Below, in pieces: positions 11,921 through 25,153 of a stretch of DNA of 64,000 nucleotides. Under the pieces are notes generated by a model. That model was not told where the DNA came from. It did not search any database and saw nothing but the letters and a program-made list of their open reading frames with translations. Every line of letters starts with the position of its first letter. The stretch's first letter is position 1. Origin of the DNA: Neoechinorhynchus agilis (taxonomy: Eukaryota; Animalia; Acanthocephala). The stretch lies in assembly GCA_051530055.1 (NCBI GenBank), contig CM121341.1:16098784-16162783 (forward strand), given 5' to 3'. The position numbers and the translations under genes are program-made.

Positions 11921-12429
11921 GTAGATACATGAGACTTGATTTGCTGTGAGCTTAGTTTTTATATGAAGTACAATTTTTGCACAAAAATTTTTATTTAAAG
12001 AATATCTGCTGCTATTGATTAGATAGCTTAACATATTTTAAAACATTTTTTGAGAATTTTCACTTATTATAATTTTTTGAAATGCCAAAAAAACTTAAAA
12101 GATTTTGCAAGCAGCACAGTATTCAGTGCATAATCGCATAAAACTATTTAACGTCTCGCTTTAAAATTATCTTTGTTTTTAATTATGTTTTGTTTGTTAA
12201 ATTTGATGATTAACTCTTGAAAATATCAGTTTTATTTCAACGCATTATTCTATCATGATCATTGTCCAAAATTCTTTATTCGTGAGTTATCGGATTGGCG
12301 ACTGATTTCTCGACCACATTTTATCTTTTCGATTGTCGTTACTTTAGCAATTGACGCGAAAACAAAATTATTTTTGACCAATTTTTTCGCGGTTTTTGCT
12401 TCTTCGGGATCCCGAAAAGCACACTCAAT

Positions 12430-13340
12430 CTACAAAGGTAGAGTTAGAATAAATTCAGTGAGGAAGACAATTCATCCCGTTGGTTAAGCACAATAACGCG
12501 TCTCACGTCGGTCGTCTCCTCCCTGTTATCATGCTGCTCAATTCCACTTATCAACCCAATCGGGATAAGTAAAGCTTCTGCAAGCGAAAGTTCCAATGAT
12601 TCTCTCGCTTGATATTTCACGGCCGTCGAAATCTTTGTTCCTTGACCTCCTGGGTTGAACCTGGACTGGTGCTTGACCCATGGAGGCCGAGTTAGGACGT
12701 GGAGAGGCGTCTCCGTCTTCCCAATGTAGACACGTGCAATTGGCCTTTCCGGAGGCCTGCATAGGTTGCACATGATGCACGAAATCAGGCACTGTAGCGT
12801 TTCCCCGTGGTGGGCGGTTCCTGTTAGAATCCGGCGTAATGTTCTAGCACCCCTGTAGAAAAAATCGAACCTTCAGAACTGTCTCCCCTCTGATGTCGCT
12901 TGTGAATTCGCGCTTACAATTGGGATCCCGAGGATCGATAAGGAATCGTTATTCTTTTCTTTCCGCGAACGTCCGTCAGTCAATTCCGCACGGCGTTGAA
13001 GCTTCTTAATTTCCCGATCCACAAAACCCTTTTTGAGCGAACATTGTGTTCACAACCCCACAACGGTCCTTATAACTTCCTGCAAAGATGTGCAAATCCT
13101 TGCCGTCTTATGCATCACAGTATGGATCGCTTGCTTCATCACCCAGCGGTGTTGAGAATCTCGATGCATTATTATGGCTTTCTTGCAAGGTTTACGGTAC
13201 CATTCAAATGTGGTTGCATCGTCGACCTTAAATCGCGAGTTGATGATGGGGAAGTGGTCTGCCGGGTTGTCCCTCGTCACTCTTAAGCGCCCGGTTGTGT
13301 TCACGAGCAATGAAGATTCGAGGACATCCGCGTAGATGCA
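12430..13340 (-). mobile_element. 5'-truncated Penelope-like element (second subfamily)
   Basis: WYRKPCKKAIIMHRDSQH.W.MK (RT thumb) and CNLC..RVYIGKTE.PLH..LAEALLI (GIY-YIG). Confidence 0.8.
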
Positions 13341-13399
13341 CGGACTATCAAGTTATTATTAGTGACTTTCTAATAATCATAGGATTGCCACCTGACATA

Positions 13400-15295
13400 G
13401 TATTTTTTATCTAAAAAGTATATTTAAAATTTAAGAAGTTTTTTTTATTTCTCAGGGTTTTACAATAATAAAGCACAAAACGTGCAATCACCACCGTCCG
13501 CAAAATTGGAGCTTTCTCTCCTTCCTCGGCTGTCGCTATCACGCCAGCAGCATTGCCTCGTTGTGCTGCGAGCGAGATATTTTGTCGCAGGAATACACCT
13601 GCTCGTTCGTCGCCGGTCGTTTCTCTCAATTTCTTCGAGAGATCTTGGAGCAGAGTGAGCGCCGAGCTGCCAAGCGCTCCATACGTCTCTACTCCGAAGG
13701 GGATAAAATAGTGGGCCCTCTCTAAATCCTTATATTTTCGTACCTTCCTAACTTCCGCTGCACTGGCTGCACCTCCAGGGATTTCTAGAGAGTAGGGAAT
13801 GTTGCTTAGGCATTTGCCCTCCCGCCACGGAAAGACCGAAATTCCGTCAGGTCGACGACCGTCTAGTTGACAAATATTGGTGGGTTCCAAGATGTTGGGG
13901 AAGTTCGCCGTTCTCAGCGTCCGAGAAATTACGCTATTGATCTCAGAATGGCGTGTTGTCTGCAAACTGCCACCACAAAGTCTCGGTCAAGACAAAACTT
14001 TAACCTCAGAATTATCTTCGCTATCGGTTGACTTCCCTCGTACGATCCAAGAAAGGCTGGCAAGGTCTACTGGCACCCGAATGCCCAATCCCCCAGATGA
14101 CACAGGCAATGAAGCTTGTCGCCACGCCTCATCTGAGAGCTGGACATTTAAAATACGCTTGAGACAAGCCCTCACTTTGTCGTCGAGCTTAGCCAATCCT
14201 TCCTTATGTTTGAAGAATGTTGTGCGTTCTTTATGAGAAACAAGGCTTCATGAGCCGAGAGAGCGCTCACCCTATCGCACAGCAACGAAAGTTTCGGTAT
14301 GATATGGCCGATCTCATCTTCCACATTTGAATCGAAGACGCAACTGCCCAGGAGGCTGAGTTGCTCCCGAGTCACGAGTTTCAGACCTGGAGCTACGGCC
14401 TCGAACCCAGCCATTAGTTCTTTGACTTTGGCGGCGTCTCCAATATTCAATACAAGGAGCTAACATTTTCCAGCATTGAGCTCAATGCCCATCTTCGAGG
14501 TCGCCCTAATCAGCGTCTCCAAATCGCGCAGTACAACGGAATTACCAAGCGTTGAAGCTGGAATGGAGAGAATGCGCTATTGGATTTACTGTTAGGGAGA
14601 ATGCGATTGGATCGAGAGGATCTCCTTGCTGCACTCCTCTTTCGGACCAAATGAGGTGGTCTTCGAAAAGCAAAGGAGTCGCGGTCCCGTAGGCATTGAG
14701 AAAATACTGGAAGGCTTCTGGTGCGTGATCCCTAATAGCGCAGTACATGCTTTCTCTATTAAGAGAGTTAAAGGCATTCTGGAAACCACACTTAAGAATC
14801 ACGCACGGCTTTGAACTCATCGTAGTATAGTTTCGGAGCGCGTGGACAATAGCTTCCGCGCCCGCAGGATGTGCAGCAGCCCAGTTGGACTGGGCGAAGT
14901 TGCTGCCCGTTTTTCTCTGTGTTACTTTTACAGAGATTTTTTCCTGCAAGTCGGAGTATCGTCGAAGATACGGCGATGGGACGAATGCCACCTTCTTTTT
15001 TTGTGAGGGCACATAATGATGCTTCGAAAAATTGGTTTCTTTAGGTGTTGAGGCCTTAGCCCATCGAGTCCATGGCCCGATCCATTTGCAAAAGATGAGA
15101 TGGCCTTTTTAATTCTGAAATTTGAGTGGGTGTCGTGTCTTGTATAGGAGGAGGTGGGATTTCAAAACTGCCAGTACTGCATGGGGGTTTTGACCGGAGT
15201 ATTTGTAGCGTATCGCTGTCTCCTTTTGCGAAAATGTTGGAGGATGACAATAACCGAACAGCCCCCGAACATCTCCGTCCGCAAGTTTCGAAGAA
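13400..15295 (-). mobile_element. CRE-type non-LTR retrotransposon, RT plus RLE, internally deleted and frameshifted
   Basis: GDVRGAVRLLSS..LRSKPP, SFANGSG.GLDGLRPQHL, GAEAIVHA..F.NAFN, RGVQQGDPL.P..F, W.QASLPV..GGLG, RHSEIN..RPDG..QRGNAA. Confidence 0.88.
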
Positions 15296-15299
15296 ACAC

Positions 15300-16500
15300 G
15301 TTCAGTCAGGGTTCGCTTTTAAAAACGGCAACGAAACCCTTCCTTCGTGCGTGGTCGCCACTAGTACCAGTATTAGCAGACATATACATGGTCAACTATG
15401 AGAAGGATGTAAAAAAACGATATAAGAGGATTAACACACTGGTGGAGATATGTTGATGATGTTTGCATGGTATTCAACAATGATCCCAGTGATTTAGAGG
15501 TTGAAAGTATACTTAACGCTAAAAATCCGTCGATCCAGTGGACAATTGAGCGAGCGAAAAACAATCGCATATCTTTTCTGGAAGTGGAAATAGTGAAACA
15601 TATGGACAGAATCGAAACAAAGGTATACAGAAAACCCAACATAAACTGGCACACAAGTAAATGGGCATCACATTCTCCTGTGAGATACAAGATAGCAGCA
15701 TCGGATGCCTTATTCAGGAAAGCTATGGGAATATGCTCCGAGGAGAAAGGACAGATGCAAGTAATTGACTCAATACCATCAATGCTGAGAGAGGAGGGAT
15801 ATCCGAATTGGGCAATTAAAAGGTCCTTAATGAAGACGAGAGTGAGTTTTCAGCGATAGAAGAATGAGGCGAACACTACATCGAAAAACAACCCGAAACC
15901 CACCGCCAATCAGAAAATATTCTTGGAATCAAAATTCATCAACGAAGCAACTCTGAACAAATTACGACATCTTTTAAGAAGATGAAAGGCCCATTCGGTG
16001 TCAATATATTCTAAAGCAGCAACGAAGTTGGCGGACATATTCAAAAAGAAACCAAAACAAGAGGATAAAAGTATAAGTGCCATGCACACAGTGCGGAAAA
16101 TATTATGTTGGACAAACAAGTCAAGGACTAGAATAGCGTATTGACGAGCATAAATATTGCGTGCGCAGAGCAGGTGCGTCATCCGCCATCAGTAATCATG
16201 TTGTAAAAACGAATCATGAGATCGGATTTTAGGATGCTCATCAGATCATGATCGAGAGTGACTGGAAAAGGAGGGTAATCGAAGAGGCGGTAATGATAAA
16301 CAACAACTGTATGGAGGGGAATACCCCAAGCTGGAAGCTGAAGATTCCATACAAACTAAGACCTGCTCAGGGAGGTGACATATCACCCGCGAGTATAACA
16401 ACCCCGGGCACCCGAGTTCTGCCCAAGCTGCACTCACCATGTACTATTCCAGATACCTGAAGCGGTCTGCATGCAGACGAAAATTCGTATAAATAAATCA
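15300..16500 (+). mobile_element. 5'-truncated Penelope-like element (RT, GIY-YIG, pLTR)
   Basis: SPLVPVLADIYM, WRYVDDV, FLEV..VYRKP..SHSP..YK, EGYP; CTQCGKYYVGQT..RIDEHK..SAISNH..NH; frameshifts and stops. Confidence 0.88.
16457..16489 (+). ncRNA. Hammerhead-like relic in PLE pLTR
   Basis: CUGAAGC G GUCUGC AU GCAGAC GAAA AUUC GUA; perfect stem II, A9>C, stem I not recoverable. Confidence 0.5.
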
Positions 16501-17403
16501 GTAATCGGGGAGGTTAATAAGGTTGTAACTATCAATAAATTGGAATTCCCCCGATTGAAATCAGACACAATTATTTGAATTAATATCAATAGCACTTTAA
16601 GGTTGAAATGTAACTAGCGTGCAACAGTCCAAATAACATCTTGATTTTTTTAAGCCACACCTCAGCTGTGGATAAAAGGGCCTAAAACCTTTTCTCAGAG
16701 CCCCTCTATCAGACATTTTGTAGTTAGAATGTATCGTCTACAATGACCAAGAGATCCCGACCCGTTTTTTGGCAGCATCCTCATTCAACTATGTTTTAGA
16801 GCTGAGCAAAATGGCCTTAATATTTATCAAGAATTACTCTTGCGATCCGTACTGTAAAATGTACTTTTCGAAATGCTAAGAGTATCTGTCAATGCTTCTT
16901 TTGATAACAATTGTTTTAAACATCGAAGTTGGTAAAAATGAGGACGCTATAGCACAGTGAAAGGTGCTGCGCGTAAAATCAACTGGCGAGAGAATCCGAA
17001 GTGTGAAGTAACGAACCGCTTCCACTTATGGGATCTTTATAATTTCGATTCCAATTAGAATATATAATTTCGCCTTAGTTCCTTTTCTAGAAATATTTCA
17101 TCATTCGATTGTTCTCGTGAGATTTATACAAATTTTCAAGAAGTAAAACACCTAAACGTGGCATTCGCAACTATCAGATTTTCTTGCTAATAATTATGTT
17201 CCGTTTAATTTATGCTATTAAAATATTGCGAAATTGATATTGTTGAAATATAGTTAATGAATATAAAATATTTGGGCGAAAAATTAGAGCATGAATTTGG
17301 TGTGAACCACAGCACAACATGTATGGTTACGAATTCGAAAATATATAAAAGTTGTAGTTTGATAGACTAAAGTTTTTTAGTTACGTTCATTAGATTCAAA
17401 GCG

Positions 17404-18119
17404 AAACGTATTATTATAATACTAAAACTTAAGATATTGTGTTGAATCCGACTTTAATAATTATTGAATCAAGTATCTGTAAGGCGAAAAAGCATCTAAC
17501 TCCAGTTTTATTTTACCCTCCCTCACTTTCGGTTATCCTGTCGTTTGCAATCTATCCAAATTTCAATTCCGTCGTCTTGAAATATTTCATAAAATAGCAT
17601 CTAAAATTTGCACAACTGACTTTCCTCCTCTCACCGAATGCCTTGATACTATTTTCATAAAACAATCAAAACGCCTCTCAACCCTACTGCCACAATTTTT
17701 ACCGCATATCGCTCCCTTTTCACGCGAGCACAATACTCGTAATAATAATTTGTTTCATCATCCTATACCTCGCACCTCCCTATATCTACGCTCCTTTTTT
17801 CATGCTGCCCAATCCTTTCGGTATCATAATTTGAAATTAACCTGAGGAAATACCAACCTTACAAGCGCTTGTGCAAACAATATCCACAAATTCCCACAAT
17901 AACGGACATCCCTGACCTGATATTTCCACTCGAACAAACATCCCAAGACCGGACATTCCCACCTGAATGGGCATATAAAAAAACAGAATATCCGTGTATT
18001 TATGAGGACCCAAAAATACATGGGTCTAATTTCTTAAACACAAAAATCAATAAAACGTATTATTATAATACTAAAACTTAAGATATTGCGTTGAATCCGA
18101 CTTTAATAATTATTAAATC
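17404..18119 (+). mobile_element. 3' fragment of CR1/L2-type LINE (17471-18066) flanked by a 67-bp direct repeat (17404-17470, 18053-18119)
   Basis: Translates FGYPVVC..RRLEIFHKIASKIC..NTRNNNL..PIPRTSLYLRSFF, typical of a LINE ORF2 C-terminus; the repeats differ at 2 of 67 positions. Confidence 0.75.
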
Positions 18120-18404
18120 TCTGCGCCGTGTTGTTCGCGAAGTATTCGAATATCCATCTCCACATCGGCGGACATTAGTTCTAAGTTAAAACAGTTCATA
18201 TGAGAATGACAAACGAATCGTATTTTATATGTTCAGCAAATAAGACGAGACTCGGCGAAGCAGATGCTACTATCATTAATTAAATTCCACTCAAACTTCG
18301 AAATTAAGGATTATATGGAACATTAGCTTAGTTTCATACCTATTTACGAGAAATAAAGAATATTACGTTTACTGCATGTTTAAATTAAGAATATTTTCAG
18401 TCAT

Positions 18405-18948
18405 TTAAACAGCACGTCTTGCTGACAGACTACGACTTGTTCTTACTTCATTATGGATGGATAAAGATGGCATACTTGACGCTCTATGCAGTCCATTATC
18501 CTCGGCGTGAAGCTCAGTATTTCTTCTATTTTGAAATAGTTCGTGGTAAGCTGGAGGATTATCAATTGGTTGAACACCGGTTGGCTCCAGATCAAACGTA
18601 AGATCGTAAGTAGACTGTACGAACCACCCGCAGATCCTATCCATGATTCCCCGCCCATGGGAGGCTTGACTGCCATTTATTGATTGACGTCGACTCAAAT
18701 CAGGAAGCTCGTCATCTCGAAAATCATAGATGTTGGACAATCCACCCATCTGACGACGATGTACTCAACAGATTCTCGATCAGAAAACAACCTTTGAGGA
18801 GAATCATTGGAATTATTCGTCGAAGTTCTCTAGTTTGGACTGAACTTCTCATCCGCTGACACCTTTGCATGAGAATTAGGGTAATGAGTAGAAAAGCAAC
18901 AGGCAGAAATAAAATTAACGAAATTGTAATAACGTCGTCTGTCGCCAT
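18405..18948 (-). CDS. Small single-pass membrane protein with PPAY (PPxY) motif, about 171 aa
   Basis: N-terminal hydrophobic stretch (ITISLILFLPVAFLLITLILM) joined in phase to ORF 18405-18749 by a candidate 28-nt intron 18764-18791; DNPPAYHELF in the tail. Confidence 0.55.
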
Positions 18949-20402
18949 TGCAAAGTCGATTAGTTTCGTGAAGTGAAGAGATGATTGTGAAGAGCCTTGT
19001 TTTCGCTTTGAGTTCATTACGCATCTCTTTATATTCATTGGTTTGTTTTGTTGATATTACCTATCACAATAGCGAATAGCGATTCAAAACACTCTAATTT
19101 ACGATTTCGTGTCGCCGCTGAGGCTTTGAGTCCGCCCATTGACTTAGTATTTTAACTAAAACGTCAAAAAATAATATAAAAATTTCTAAACTGAATTTTT
19201 CTATGTGCTTAAAAATTCCTCAGAAAATCAAGAAAATATAAACTTCCTCCTCTTTGTTAATCAAATGTATATAGTCTCTACAATAGCGACGTAAAAATTG
19301 TTTCAACCCTTTTAAATCTAATTCGTAAATTCTTAAACAAGTATCGAAAATATCGGGTTGCGACTGCCCCCCGAAAACTCGTATTTTCCATTTTTAAGAA
19401 AAAGTGCCTAAGTCGTCTCACAATTTTAGTGATTTTCAAATGCACGTATGAATGCAAATCCGTTTCCGAAAACTTTATTTTGAACGCTGACGTTCACAGG
19501 TTACTGTTATAATTGACATGTTTCTGCACTTTTTTCCATTTACTTACAAGAATTTAGTTTTTAAATCCCTTTTTGTTTAACGTAGAAAATTCATCTCACC
19601 GCTGCACCATTTACAATCGTTCATATGTTTTATTCTAGGATAGGTTTTTAATCAATCGAGGCAACGCGGCAGTGGATTTCAGTTCTTATATTAAATTAAA
19701 ACAAATGAGCATTTGCTAAAATAGACTACCGTCAGTAATAACTCTTTCAGTTTAGCGCTTAAACTTTGTCTTATTTTTATGCATTTTTTCCGATCCTTGA
19801 TTCCATTGATAAAATATTTTCGATTACATTGATAATATTAGCAAATTTCATGCACTGACCTAAAATAATTAATCTTTAATAATACTCGCAGTTTGTTATA
19901 AGATCAATGCAAATATATTTTATCTTATGATTCCACAACTCAAAGTCTTAACATAATAAGACGCATTGAAGAAAAACATACTAATATTGCGAAAATTAGC
20001 AATTGATTAAATCTTTTGTCTTCAACAATTTTTTAAATAAAGACGACTTCTCCACTCTTCAATTTTAAATAACACTTTCGCTATGTTGCAAGCACTATTA
20101 TATCATTTGGGCGCAAAATAAAATTAGAATACAATTTGAGTCTTAAAACGTCATTTTCTGTGGCGTCGAAAAGTGAGTAATTTCCTGAAACTGGATTTTT
20201 TCATAAAAACTGCAGAATTTATACAATAATTCTTATTAGGAAAATTCAGCATTGTTTGTGCTTCAAGTACTCTGATCAATGTCCAACTTTGAATAAATAA
20301 TACCAATTTGAATCCAATTCTTTACTGAAGAACATGGCCTACGACCGTAGCCAAGTAGAAAACAATAAAATATTTATTGGTAAACGCAAGAAATCGTCTC
20401 CT

Positions 20403-23400
20403 CTATAAATATAAATCGTAACAAGTGGTCGGATTGTACATGCAATACTCGGGAGCAACTGCTCTTGTTCTTAACCCTTTATTTTTGGCCAGAATTAGCT
20501 GCTGATACTGAATCCGTTGTTTGGCGAATTCGCTTTCATTTTTCGGATAGGACCACCATCTTTCAGCTGCAGCAAGCAACCTCGGTAGCATTTTTGACAT
20601 GAATACCCGTTGCCCTGCAACTTCGGTCCATAGAGCAACTTGTCCACCTAGAATTTGTTCTGGTCGATAAACAACACCATTCTGGGACAAAACTTTTTCA
20701 TAATCATTGTCATAAATATCTTGCCAGGTTTTATATGGCGAACACCAAATGTTGCCATCATTTACATAACTAGGAAATCCACAGTCTAGATAGCTATGGT
20801 CATGATTTGCCAAAATAACTTTAAATCCATTTGCGAATAGATGTTGAAGATAATCAGTTTGCTGTAAATTGTCCCAATACATAATATTGGACGTTGCAGG
20901 ATCAAAATATTTCATCAAATATTCACCCGATGTGAGACTTGATGACCAATACAAAGTGGTCATAGTCGTTTCATTTCCCATTATCAGTTCGTGTGCCTCA
21001 TTTAATATTTTGCGAGCTCGTAATGTAAATTCTCCCCAAAGATGATGAAAGGAATCATCACCCAGTCCTAGATTTTTGTCCAGTAGGTACTTCTGGATAT
21101 CAGCACTTTTGTTCCAGCATTCAAACTTAACTTCATCTCCACCCAGGTGAAGCACTGGAGTCCCGGTAAACCATATTATTTCTCTAAATATGTTCCTCAA
21201 TATAATATACATCCTTTCATTGATAGGATTAAGTTGACCGCAGGGTGGCTGCAAACACAAATCTTCCCACGGACTTTCGCCAACACACAGTGCTAATTCA
21301 CCCAATCCCCAATCCGGACCATATTGGAATCCATAACCGACATGAGCAGGCATATCAATCTCTATAATTACATAAACACCGTGGAGTTCTGCAAAGTCTT
21401 TTAAATAAATAACATCCGTCATGCTATATGTCTCACTTGAACTGTATGCGCCATACTGACTTAATCGACGTGATAAAAGATCCAATTTCAATGGAAATGA
21501 ATGGCTGTCCGTAACGTGCCAGTGAAATACATTCATCTTATAGTGCCCCATCACCCTCACCAATTCAGCGATATCCTCTATGGGAATAAAGTTTCGACTT
21601 GTATCCAGCATCGCTCCTCGGTAATAATGCTTGGCTTCGTCAATAACCTTAGCTTCAGATGGGATCATTACACACGACTTCATGGGATCATATATTAATA
21701 ATTGTTCAAGAGTCTGCATCGCATAAAATGCTCCAGAGGGGGTAAAACATTAGATCTTAATTTCTTTAATTCACGAGTTACATTTCGTATTTTATATCGA
21801 AAATGCAAATTCTAATCGATCAGTAATGCTTTTTAGCAGTGATATTGCTACATATGAGAGAAACGCTCCTTATGTGGCTTAAACTAGTAACTTCTATTGA
21901 TTACGCATTTTAAATCATAATTCAGACATCGATCGGACGTCGGGATAAAGTGTTCAAAAATAAGTTGCAGTTCCACAGTGATTACGAGGTAGTCGCTAAA
22001 ATACATTATTAAAAAGCACAATCTTATGAAATACTACTTGATTTTCCAGCCATATGATTGATCAAGTTTTGTTTTTAAATGGTCACTTTGGAGCTGTTGT
22101 AATGATAAAGAAAAATCTTTATTTTTGAGTTTTCACTGTCTTACAGCTTCCTCGAAAAATGTTTAAGCGTTGTGCGAATAAAATACTTAAACAATTCCCG
22201 AGGAAGTCGTAAGGCGACGAAAGTATGGAAATAAAGATTCTCTTTTTCTTTGTCATTACAAAAGCGGCCTTAAGTCTCCATCTAAAAACAAAACGTATTC
22301 TTAAAAAGCAACAAACTGAGGTGATCATCCCGATAGATGTTCCAGATTTTGGAAAGCGATTTGGAAATTTATAAAAAAAATTGTCGATCGGAAGAAGAGC
22401 ACATCGATTTTTTTGGAACTGCGTTCCGACCGTGCAACATAAAAATACTTTACAGAATAAATTCGATATTTAGCCAAGAGTAAGAACACTGTATGCCAAA
22501 TCGTTGCGAAACTAAATTAATTTTTCTCAATCTAAATGAATGCAAACATTACGGAATTATCCTGGTCCAGTAATTTATAACTAACCTCTTTAAGAATGAA
22601 ACATTATGACCGATGAATTCACGGTTGATCGACTCGGCTGAGATATCTCAACCCAGCAAGCACTATGGAAAATTTAATGCAGAATGCTCTATTATCGACG
22701 AAAATTAAGAACTAATGATATAGATCCATTAATGTTGATTGAGAGGGTAGTTTCACTGGATTTTATACTTAGTTCATATCGATCTTTAGCCAGAGGATAA
22801 TTTCCAAAACTACTGACTGGATTGAAAATTTCATTTCCATCATAATCGATCACAATTTGCACCGAACTCTTACGTTTACATTTTGTTCCTTCTGGGACCA
22901 GTTTTTCGATAGCCGAAAGGAATTCGTTTCCCAGGGATTCATGAAATCCATCTTTAAAGGCATCTCGAGTGAACATTAAGTCCACAGATCCAGGACAGAG
23001 TTCAAATTCCCCACTGGTTGTAAATTCAATTGTCGGCATAGGCCAAACCGTTGATTTGCAAAAAAGAATGCATTCTGCCAAACTAACTTGAGGTTCAAAT
23101 CTCACGGGATTTAAAAGTTCCTTTATACAGATCCCACTCTTGCATCTATACGTGAATTGCTCGACATTCGTAATTTGCTGCTTAGTGACCGATAAAGCAG
23201 TCAATAGCAGAATCTAAATGTCAAATCTAATCAAGTTTCTCGGTGTGAGAACTTTATCGAATTTGGATATGAGTGTGATAATTATCTGATTATCTGTTTT
23301 ATCCTTTTCTATCTCAAGAACATTGCCAGTATTTTTGGAATGACAAAGAGGCGTGAATGTTTTGAGTCGATAAGCCACTTCAACGCTACTATCAAGAACA

Positions 23401-23485
23401 AAATAGACGTTTGATTGTTTCAAGTGGTTAATTATTGCAACTTATGAAATATCAAGAGCCACACACTTACCACAGCAGAAAACAT
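20403..23485 (-). CDS. GH20 beta-N-acetylhexosaminidase (chitooligosaccharidolytic NAG type), secreted
   Basis: Signal exon MFSAV|ILLLTALS; N-terminal Y.C..G.C..SL..C.LFC...WP.P block (23213 to about 22710); large exon with YRG.MLDTSRNF, KMNVFHWH.TDS.SFP, EIDMPAH, HLGGDEV, YLDCG, PYKTWQ.IY, ILGG..ALWTE. The exon 2/3 junction is unresolved. Confidence 0.92.
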
Positions 23486-25153
23486 TTCGAACCAAAAATA
23501 CCATAACGTAATACAACGTGGGTCTTAAACTTTTAAGAACTATTAGATCATCAACTAACAGATCTGATTCATTCAAAACGTTGGAAAGACTTAAACAAAT
23601 GTACGAAAAATGATACATGTCTTTTTACACCGAATAGGTAGCGTATGCGATTCATAATCCTTTCGCACTCTTCGAAATCTAATCTCATTCTGTCATCTAG
23701 AGATAAATCCGACATGGTAACCTTTCAAAGAGTTGATCATATTTGGTACTTTCAGACGATCCCATCAATGGCTATTTTATGCACAAGATGCTGACCTCGA
23801 TAATGCAACCAATGACCGTACAAAGAAAGATGCTTTACAAGATGTAAACGGAAGCACATGTAAACATCAAAGGGAAAAATTTAATTGGAGAAAACCTATA
23901 ATTATCCTCGCTTCGCAAAGCAAAGATAATAATTTACATCTGATGAATGTTATTGATTTACCTTTTTAATAGTAAGCAACTCCCAACTCTTTTCGTAATT
24001 CGTCTAATCTTAAATACTTGAAATTTTTATTCGGAAAATTTAGTTAATCAGCAAATTTGAAAAATATTTTTGACTATGGCAAATAATTCAGAAGAAAATT
24101 TATAAAAATTTAACAGAAATGAATATTGAGACAGAAGAGTTATTTAGGTCTTCACCAGGTAAAGAATTTTTTATTAAGGACAACAGGAATCTCGTCCCCA
24201 ACGTTGCTATTTTTTACATGCTGCGAGCGTCGGCGACTTTAATTTTTTACCATTATAAAATCAAATGACTCTTTTAACCTCTTAATTTGATTTATAATCA
24301 AAAGATAGTTCTAATAAAAATAAATATTTAATGGGAAAATTTATGGCAAAATGCTCTTTTAACATCTCAAGTATGCATCAAACTAAAGTGAAATTTTTCT
24401 TTCAAAAAAACTAAGATGAAATAATGTAATTTCTTAGAAGTAATCATTCACAAAAAAAAATTTTCACTAATGTCATTTTTCTCAAATTTCACAACATGAA
24501 GAAACCAAAGCGTTCGTGTCCTAATCTTATTAATAATTCAACGGATGTTTCAACAATGTTCGAATAAATAGGATTTAGAGCATAATGCCACCCGAGAGCA
24601 CAAGGCGCCTATTAAAATGGTATTAATGCACTTAGGCACTAGACTATGGAAGATTTAATAAATTCAACACAAGCAATAAACACATACTCGGGTTATCACA
24701 CATTGAAGCTGGACATTAATCCAAATTGAAGTAGTTGACCAGTCAGCCATGTTTAATTTTATTTACTAGTCTCAATGGACATTATAGATTTCTAAAACAA
24801 TACAAATCGTCTATACTGGGAGTGGTGCATCAATAATGCACAGATTTGTATATTTTTTACGATTGCTTAATTTTTCACATTAGGAGATACCAATTAATAT
24901 TACTGACAGGCCATGTTTTCAGACAAAGATCCGCTAATGATTTTGTTAATTAACAAGTGATCGGCTGACAGATCAACACGTCAAATGTTCATAGGAAGCA
25001 GTCGCCGAGGTAAGGTGACAATTTCGTTTGATCTTACAAAAATCCATTAGCACGCACAGGGCGATATTAAGAAAAAATTAAAGCTCGGCGTAAACAAATA
25101 AATTTTTTATTTATAATCGACGACGGATCTGGAATTTACAAGATTGTCGAAAA

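Noticed and set aside
12370-12415. Hammerhead-like CCGAAGA..GC..GC GAAA..GUC at the 3' end of the minus-strand PLE
   Set aside because: Position is suggestive but the core is mutated, stem II is only 2 bp and there is no stem I.
20320-20375. CUGAAGA, hairpin, GAAA downstream of the hexosaminidase
   Set aside because: No consistent stem I or III or NUH register; may be chance.
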